Shown: one piece after another, positions 55,501 through 64,000 of the stretch | Layout: each line of letters begins with the position of its first letter | Position numbering within the stretch: position 1 is the first letter of the stretch | NCBI GenBank assembly: GCA_013265495.1 | Contig: MU058868.1 | Coordinates: forward strand, 310,001 to 374,000 | Source of the DNA: Vicugna vicugna | Lineage: Eukaryota | Length of the DNA stretch: 64,000 nucleotides | Direction: 5' to 3' | Notes under the pieces: model-generated | What the model was told of the DNA's origin: nothing | The model's input: the letters and a program-made list of their open reading frames with translations, nothing else | Database searches by the model: none | Translations under genes and position numbers: made by a program

Positions 55501-58500
55501 CCCAGCAGTCACTCACCAGGGGCTGCACAGACCCACAGACAAGACGGGAGGCGGGGCTCCTTCCTGGGCGTGGGTGGAGGGGCTCTGGCGTCTGCGCCCT
55601 GCTTGCCCAGGCCCACCTCCAGCCTTCCTGGCAGCTGCCGGCCCTGCAGCCCGTGGCCGTGGGGCAGTTTGTATGGAACTCTGAGGCTCCAACCCCGCGG
55701 CCCACTCCCCCCGCACCAGGAAGGGGCTCCACCTCTGGTGCCGCCATGCCCCCAGCCCCCCAGCTTTGCCCTGGCTCCCACAACTGTCGGTCTGCTGGAC
55801 TCCCTACTGACTTCCTGCTGGCCACTAAGAGCTCTCCTGGATGGGCTGGGGCCCGAGGCATCCTGCGGGAGGCTGGCAGCAAACACCTGGACAGTCTCTC
55901 AGCCCTGCTGGCCCCAGGGCAGGGGTCCCAGCCCGCCCCACCCTCTCTGGCCTGAGGTCAAGAGGAGGCTGGGCTCTGTGAGGGCAGCTGGGCCTGAGGT
56001 CCCTGGCCCCTGGCAGGGCTGACCTCCTGTAGCCCTCAGGCCCCAGTGAGGCCCCAGCCCACCCTCTGCCCAGCACCCAGTGCCCCTCTGGGAGGCTGTC
56101 AGAGCCAAGGGAGTGAGACACGGGGGTGCTGTCCCACGGCTGTCCCTCCAGTCCGACAGCACCTCCCACAGTGACGGCCCCTCCTGCAGCCCAGGCTGCA
56201 CACTCAGGACCAAGCGGCGTGGGAGCTGCCACCCACCCTGGCGGCTCCCAGGAGCCCCTGCTCTCCCGGACGCCCAGCAGGGGACTGAGAGCAGGTTTCC
56301 CTTGGGCAGGGAGGGACAAACCACGAAGAGGGATGAATGTTCACACTACAGGATGGACCGTGTTGCCGAGGGGATGGCAGGGGATGGCGGGCGGGCAGCA
56401 GGGTCAGGTGTTCTGGAGGGAGCCCCAGACCCTCCCTCATGGGAGGTGGTGGTACAGGCACTTGCCTTGTCCCTCTGGGCCTGGAGGGACCCTCAGCTTA
56501 GGAGGGGAGCCTGAGGGGAGCCCCCGTGCCTGCCTCCAGGGTGGCCCTTCCCTGCCAGGGGCGGAGGGAGGTTTGCTGTCCACCGGGGAAGAGGCCGCTG
56601 TGGAGGGGACCTGCCTCTGCCCGGCCAGCTCCTCAGCACCAGGGACCCAAGGGACCTGCAGGTGTGCTCAGGTGTGTCTCGCCCAAGGGGCCCGTCCTCT
56701 AGGACACATCTGCGTCAGGGGCCTAAAGCTCGGCGTCTAGGGCAGGTGGGAGACATGCCCCCTGTGGTGTGGGGGAAGGAGGCTGGGCCCCCACTGTTTC
56801 CTATTGTGAGCATGGGTGAAGCCAGCCACCACGGCACCATCATGGGAAACTTCCCTGAGTCTGCCAGTGCCAGCCACCGGGGTGCTGGGAGGCCCCACCC
56901 CACAAACAGCTAAAATGCACTGCTGGACGCTGCCTCCTGGGGCCTGGGAGCTGTGAAGCCAATGACACCATCCCCGTTTTTGTTGCTTAAGCCGACACAG
57001 GGGGAGGTGGCTGCTCTTCTGAGGACAAGAAGTGGGTGCAGATGGGCCCAGCCTGAGTGACCTGGGAAGGGTGAGCCAGAACAGTGGCCTGCTGGTCCAG
57101 GGAGTCGTGTCCTTGAGGGCGCTGGGCTGCCAGGAGCCAAGTGCCTGCGGGCAGCCGCTCACACCCCTGGCGCCTGGCTGGGTGCAGGTGCACCTGGGGT
57201 CTGAGGGAAGCAGAGGCAGCAGGGCGAGGGGAGGGAGCATAGCTCGCTCAGCCGTAGGGCCCTCAGGGCCTCCTCCAGGCTCTCCAGCTCCCTCCTGCAC
57301 ACGGGCCAGCAGCCCTGCCGTCCCAGTCACCGCAGGGTTGACGGGGGAGGGCAGGCGCCAGGCGGACCATCCCCGGGGGTGCAGGAGCTGGGTCGGCATG
57401 GCCCTAGCAGAGTGGAGTGAGCGAGCGCAAGCGGGCGCTGGTCTCACGTGCCGAAGGGGTGAGTGGGAACGGTTCTGGGCTCCTGTTAAAGTTTCCACTG
57501 GAAAAACAGCCTCGTTTTGAAAAATGGCTCTGAGCTTTTAAAAAATTACAAATATATCCAGTTTCCTGAGGCCAAGGGAGGCCTGGTAGAGGGCCAGGCG
57601 GGCAGGGCTGATCTGCAGTTCTGCCGGGGCACCTCCATCGGCAGGGCCCAGGGACACTGGAGGTGCAGGCCCAGGTCCAGGGACGTGGGCAACCAAGGCC
57701 AGTGGGGCCCGGAGTTGGAGAGAGCTGTCACAGAGGGGTTCTCTATCCCAGGTGGTCATCCACCAGCCTCAGGCCTCGAGTTAGGGGGTGCTGCTCTCAG
57801 TCCAAGTGTGCCTGGACGACCCAGCCAGGACAAGGCCTCTCCAGCAGGACAGGAGGAACTGGCTGCAAATCCGGCACCTGGGCTCTGCAGGTGCAGGGTG
57901 GCGGGGTTGCTCTGGGAGCTGTCCTGTCCCCTGGTGCTGCGGTTGTGTGTGCAGGGGCTGGGCTTGGTGCACACACGTGAATGTGTGTGCATCTGTGCAC
58001 GTATGAGCGTGTATTCAGGGTAAGCCTGGACACGTCCCTAGCCTCCCCTACACTCAGGGGTCAGGGCAGGGGTCAGGGCAGGGCTCAGGCCCCCAGTGCG
58101 CCTGGCACAACAGGGAAACCAGGTTTCTAGGGAGGAGGCAGAGGTCTTGAGTTTCCTCCATCTGCTGCCCTGGTTACCTGTGGCTCTCCAAGCCAGGTGC
58201 CCCCGGCCAGGGGTGAGGGCTGTGCCCACCAGCCCAGCACAGGTCCCGCTCCATCTGGCCTGTTTCCTCTGGAACGCAGGAACATTCTTGGTACAGCAGA
58301 TGGCAGAAGTGCCCACTGGGTAAACTGGGACCCCTGCGTCAACAGGCTGCATCCCCAGGCTCACTGAAGGCTCTCTCTGATGCCAAGAACAACTGGAAAT
58401 GCTTCCAAGGACTGGATTCAAGCTCTTTGCACTGGGAAGTGGGGCTGCCCTGTGTCGGGTAGAAGGCTGGCGGCTCCGGCCTGCACACCTGACGGCTGCC

Positions 58501-61500
58501 TGTGTGACGAGCCCGCCCAGCCGGGCCGTAGTGGACAGGAAGCCGGCCTGGGCGTAAGGCCTTGGCCTCCAGTGGCAGGTCCTCTGGGCTCGGGCTGGAG
58601 GTGGTTCCAGGAGGCCAGGCGCTGGCCCACTGCACAGCCAGCCGAGGCCCACCTTGCTTTTGGATCTGGCCTTGCTGCATGCCCCCCCGTGGAGGCTGTG
58701 ATCCTGTAGGGAATTCCAGACGCCATGGTAACCCCAGCTCCTCCCCACGGTGGGGGACCAGCAGACAGGCCTCAGGGGGCCCCCAGCACCGCGTCACGCA
58801 CCAGGAAGCTACTTCTGTGTGTCCTCACAAGGGGAACAGGATGCCCTCCTGGTTTATGCTCAGAAGGGCCCACAGCTCCCACGACGTGCCTCCCTCGGAG
58901 CTGCCAACTCCAGGCTCAACAGAAAAGAAAACACAGTCTGTGGCAAGGGTGCCTGCCCCACCCCTGTGGGGCTGCGCTCCCCGCTCGCCAGCCCGGGGCC
59001 CTGGCTCGGGAAAGTCCCGAGGCAGAGGGTTTTCCTGCCAAATGCCAGTCTAAGATGTAAAAACGCAAAGACCCGCAGAAGTGTAAGTGAGAACGATGTG
59101 CCCAGAGGCATCGGCGTGGGAGGAAGTTCCGAAAGGGTGCTGTGACCACCAGCCTGGGGGACGCACCGGGGGCCTCGCCCAGGGGTCCTGCTCACCCCAC
59201 CAGGCTCCCTGCCTGCGGCCTGAGGCCGGAGACAGGACCCAGGACCGGGTCACCTGGGGCCAGAAGCAGCAGCTGCCGCAGAAGACCACAGCCCCCAGGA
59301 CGGGGTACGCACGACCCCCAGCTGGGGCGGGGCAGTAGGTCCCCCTCCCAGCCTCCCCACCACGTTCCTGCCGACACACGTGCAGGCGTCCACACTCTCA
59401 TCTCGTCGCCCGCATCCCTCCGTCCGCCTGCACAGGGGTCCAGGCACCTTCTGGGATCTGACAGCGTCACGGGGCCCTGGAGCAGGAAGGGGCTTGCCAG
59501 AGAGGGTCCCAAAGGCGCCGGAGTCAGCCAGGGCAGGACAGAGCCACCACCCTGGCCCCTTCACAGGTGGTGCCTCTGGCTGGAGCCTGTCCGAGGGCCG
59601 CACCGGAGGCCCCCACTGCTTCTGGACGAGAGCAAGGGCGCCTCACTCCCGCACTCTCCACCCTCCCAGATCAGCCCCCCACTGCAGGGGCTCGAGTCAC
59701 CCCAGTGACACTAGCCTGGTGGCCACACGCCGACTCATGCTCACCCTGTCGCTGGCCCGGTGTCCCGGGGGAGTGGCGTGGGGGCGAGGAGGCCCGGCAG
59801 GAGGGGCAGCGCTGGTGCCTGGGTCTGGTCGGCTCGGTGTGGCGTCCCCTTGCGCTCCTGCCAGGACCAAGCCTGGCCTCTCTCACCCAGCGTTCTGTGC
59901 CCTCGAGTGCCCTGAGCTCCAACTCCCTGGGTGTCGCCCCTGCCCATGGCCCCACGCTCTGTGGGATCAAGGCCGTGTGTCCATGTTTCCGTGACGGGAG
60001 GAAACATGTTTCCTGAAAATGGCTTTGTGAGGCTCTAGAGGCGGTGACCCGTTACGGAATTCTTCCCACCCCCCCTGTGCTTCTGCAGCTGCGAAATTTC
60101 CCTTCCTCCGATGCTCTGAGGGTCCGGGCACCCACTCCTCCTGTGAGGGGCATGTGAGGTACCCCCCGCCCACCAGCACCCAGCCTCTGAGGACACACCA
60201 GGCCTCACCGCGGGGCAGGGTGCTCCTGGCCTGGGCATGCCAGTGCCGGACGCAGCTCTGGGCAGTCCTAGGGGCCAGGCCTGTGCCTGGCCCACATGTC
60301 AGCTGGGAGGGGGCAATCTGGGGAGACACCCTGGAGTCTCAGTGGGGTTCCTGAGCCCCAAGCCTGCTGCTGACCCTTCCAGGGCTGGGGTGCCCTGTCT
60401 CTGGGGCACAGAACCGTAGCAGGTCAGCTCCACCATCAGGTGGGGCAGGTTCCGGGCTCTGGGTCTGCACAGCCTCCATGGAGCCCGGACGGGCCTCGCT
60501 GTCTGCTGCTCAGGACAGTGCCCAAGCTGCCCAGTGTAGCCTGAGTCCTGCACTGCGAGCGCTGTTGTGGCCACCCGGCGTGTTTCTGTCTGACAAATAA
60601 TGCCGTCAGGGAGCGTGTTTGGGGTTCCTCAGGTCTGGCAGGCTCTTTTGAAGTAATTTTCCAAATGAAGATTATGGTGATTGAAATACACTTGGAAAGA
60701 TGAGGAGAGATTACCCACCCCATCCCACGTGCAGCCTCACAGGGACTCCTGCTGCCTCGGGAATCTGCCAGCCCTCGTCCCGCGGCTTCACCCACCCTGC
60801 GCTGACCCTGAGCACGCCGGACTTGCAGCCACTCTCCCTGTTGGGCTCCTGGGAGGCAGCTGTGTGTGCTGTCCTGAGCCTCAGGCCCCACCCAGTGCCC
60901 AGGTCCTGGGCTGTGGGCACAGCCAGCCCTGTGTCCCATGATTCCAGCAGGCAGAGCAGTGACCACTAGCAACACGTGGCCTGCCTTCCCTGGAAACAGC
61001 ATCACGCTAACTCCCATTGCTGTAGTCAGTGCTCACTCGCTGGGGCAGCTCCTGTGGGACCCCCGGTGCTGAGAGAAAATGTCCCCACTCCCAGAAGAGG
61101 TGGGAACTGCCTGTTGTCCGGCCCCTGGGCCCACGGGAGCTGCTGGCCGGCCAGTGACCAAGGGCAGGGATGTCACTGGGATCCTGGGGCTGTCCTTCAG
61201 CAGCAGCGTGTCCCACGTGAGATCAAATTTTGGACATGTTCTCGGACATGAGCTGGGAGCCGGGTAGCACAGCAGGCCACCAGACAGGAGAAGCCCTGAG
61301 TTGCTCATCACTGTGTCCAGAGAGAAAAACTGGGAATTAAATGAGGCTGGGAAAAGAAACCCTGAGAGAGGAAGTCCTGGAAGGGGCCAAGGGCCAGCGT
61401 GTCATTTGCACACGTCCTGCAGGTTCACGTGTATCCTGAGTAGCTGGGGGACATGGTCCCCGCCGGTCGCTGCTGCAGCAGACCTCAGAGCCGGCTCAGG

Positions 61501-64000
61501 GCATGCGCTCCACTGTCACCCTTGGGGGGACCCCTGCCCCACAACCACGGGCTGGCTGGCTGCCTCCTTGGCCCCACTGCTCATGTCCTCCCGCCCTGGG
61601 CATGCCTTCTGTGATGGGGTGCCATGGAGGTGGGGACCTGGGACCCCAGGTGGCTGAGAAGCTGAGGGCTCCTGAAGTTTCTCCAAACCAGGCTGGGCAC
61701 AGCCTGCCAGCCAGGTGGTCTCTGGGGCAGCAGGGACCCCACCCTGCTCCCTCGTCCAAGCTGAGCTCAGATAACACCCCACCTCGTGGGCCAAGCTGAC
61801 CTCAGGACACTCAGACTTTTCACTTTGCACTGTCAGGGAAGGAGGGATGGGCAGGGTCCCTGTCCCCTGAGACAGCGGAGAGGGTGTAGGCTGCAGCTCT
61901 CTCCCTGAGCTGCTGGTGACCCCTCCCTGGAGAGATGCGTGAAAGGCGTGAGCTGGGCGCTTAGAAACTTCTGTCGCAGTCAGTCAGGGAATTGTGCTTC
62001 TGTTGGATCTTGTAAGAAAGAAACAAGCTGTGTTTCGTATCTTCAAGGATTTCATTTTCTAGTCATTCTTTCCTTTACTGCATTCATACCTGTGACTGGC
62101 TGGAAGTTTAGTGCCGAGCCCTTCAGCGTGGGAAGCGTGGGGCCCCCACCAGCAGGTCCTGAGCTCGTCCCGGCCGGGTCGGCGGACTTGAGCACAGACA
62201 GAAGCACAGGGCTGTGAGTGTCTGCACTGGGTGTCAGGACGCCCACCAGAGAGCATTTTGCTGCACCCTAGTTGTGTCCCCCAGAACTGAGGAGGCAAAG
62301 GGAGCGGTGCTGACGGGTGGAGGTGTGTCCACTGCCAGTCCACACGTGCACGCGGGAGGTGCCACAGCTCCTGTGCTGACCCTCGATGCCCTAGGAACAC
62401 ACGTATGTGGCTCTCCGTCCAGAGCGCTTCCCTCAGCCACAAGGAACCACCGCACTTGAAAAGTGCTCATGGCAGACACATGAGGGCGTGTGCACCATGA
62501 GCCATAGCCTACGGGGTGGAGCAGGCGGGCACTCCAGCGGTGGGCGAGTCTGGGGCCGTGTGGCGTGTTCTTGGCGTCAGTCATACTTTGTGACTTTCCT
62601 GCAAGTGTGGGGTTCTTTCCAAACTGCAAGCTGAGATGAAGGACTGAACAGTGGAGCCCGAGCAGAGGTGGGGGCGGACGGCCCAGAGCCCAGGTGGGTG
62701 TGCCAGTGCGTCCCCGTCGCGGGGGAGCGCGCGGTTTCCGAGCCACAGAGCTGGCAGCTGTGCCTGGGAGCACGTCGGCTTGGTGGCCGCCCCTGCCCTG
62801 GGGCCTCTCCGGGCTTTGGACCCTGACTCACAGCTGGCAGGAGGGATTTGGAGCTTGAGGCCTGGTGGGACGCCCGCCGAGGGCAGCGCCAAGCGGCTCC
62901 GGCACAAGGACTGGGGACTCTTCCTTTACAGGCAGACCCCTGGGACCTAGGGGTCCTGAGGAGGGGCGCCCCACCCTCCTCCGGTCACGCGCACCCTGGC
63001 TCTGTGGCTCCGTGGGCTTGAACCAGGGACCTGGATTTACCACCGAAGAATTCTAGGAATTTCCTCTTAGTCTGGAAAGAAGACTCATTGAAAACCTCCT
63101 TCACAGCCCACTGCGGGGCGTGAAAGGATCTTCATGCTCCTGGGCCACCACACGAACAGGCCTGCAGAAGGGCCCACTCCACTGGGGTCGGTCGGTTCCA
63201 GGCGGGGGAAGCCTGGAGGGGGGCCACTCCCCCAGGACGGCCCAGCACCAGGCAGCAGGGGGCTGCAGAGCCCAGACCTGGCTCCTTCGGGCCAGCACCT
63301 CTCCTGAGCTCAGAGCCTCCTCTGTCTTCTGTCTGTCCTGCAGGCCTTCTGGATTATTCTATAAAACTCCTCGTGGGGCTGGCGGAGGGCTGGCCCTTGA
63401 CTCTCAGCAGTTCACTTGTGTACTGGGAAACGGTGCTAGTTGGAACCCTTCCTTTCACTTTTGAAAAACACATCCAGCAACTGTAAATTAATACCCAACT
63501 CAACACTATTCATCCATGTAAATTTTATGGCTAAAAACGAGCTTTCTGCCAGATGGTCTCAGCCTTGTCTCTTAGAGACTGCCAATGCCTACAGAAGGCC
63601 CGGCATCCTCCAGAGCCTGGAGGCCCTGTCCTCTCCTCCTGCAAAGTGTCCCCAGTGCCCTTGACGACCTTGGGCAAGGTGGGCAGCAGCTGGGAAACAC
63701 TGGGCAGAGTGCTGGCCGCCCATGAGGTCCTGGCGTTCAGGGCCTGCAACGCCCGAGACCCGGGGAGTGAAGATGTTTTTATCTAAGAGGGGCCAGAAAA
63801 CTTCCTTATGTTAAAAATGGAGGCCGGAACCTAAGACTGGTTTTGTCCAGGGGAGTGGGCAGCAGGCGGGGGCCAGATGGACACAAGGATTCTTGGAAGA
63901 TGGCCTTCTGGGTAGATCTGACTTTAGAATCACATCAGTATGTGGTGCAATTATAAACAGAACCACACTGCAAGTAACCCTAAAAAATGGAGAATTTGAG

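Noticed and set aside
46600-64000. Exons of the next syntenic gene (RNF212 in human) or another coding gene
   Set aside because: No recognisable coding sequence on either strand by eye; tBLASTn would be needed to exclude short exons

Overview
This is GC-rich mammalian genomic DNA carrying the known syntenic block IDUA(+) / SLC26A1(-, nested in IDUA intron 2) / FGFRL1(+), i.e. the orthologue of human 4p16.3. All coding exons could be assembled by hand with consistent phases and splice sites: IDUA has 14 exons and 643 aa, SLC26A1 has 2 coding exons and 706 aa, and FGFRL1 has 6 coding exons and 504 aa. A tRNA-Ala-derived SINE resembling the camelid Vic-1 family suggests a camel, llama or alpaca source (inference). 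The rest is introns and intergenic DNA with old L1, L2, MIR, MaLR/ERVL LTR and hAT remnants, micro/minisatellites, CpG islands and a 162-N gap in the FGFRL1 promoter. I see no convincing new protein-coding gene and no demonstrably new system; the other long ORFs look like GC-rich noise. The best leads are regulatory: (1) a CpG-rich patch with NRF1 motifs that arose inside an AT-rich L1 3' end; (2) no canonical IDUA poly(A) signal until a cluster 4.4 kb downstream; (3) SLC26A1 3'UTR overlapping IDUA exon 2 in antisense; (4) a possible spliced divergent transcript from the IDUA promoter; (5) a weak IDUA intron-10 donor, extra IDUA glycosylation sequons and a lysine deletion in FGFRL1 Ig2. Repeat-family names and human comparisons come from memory of consensus/reference sequences and need RepeatMasker or alignment confirmation.
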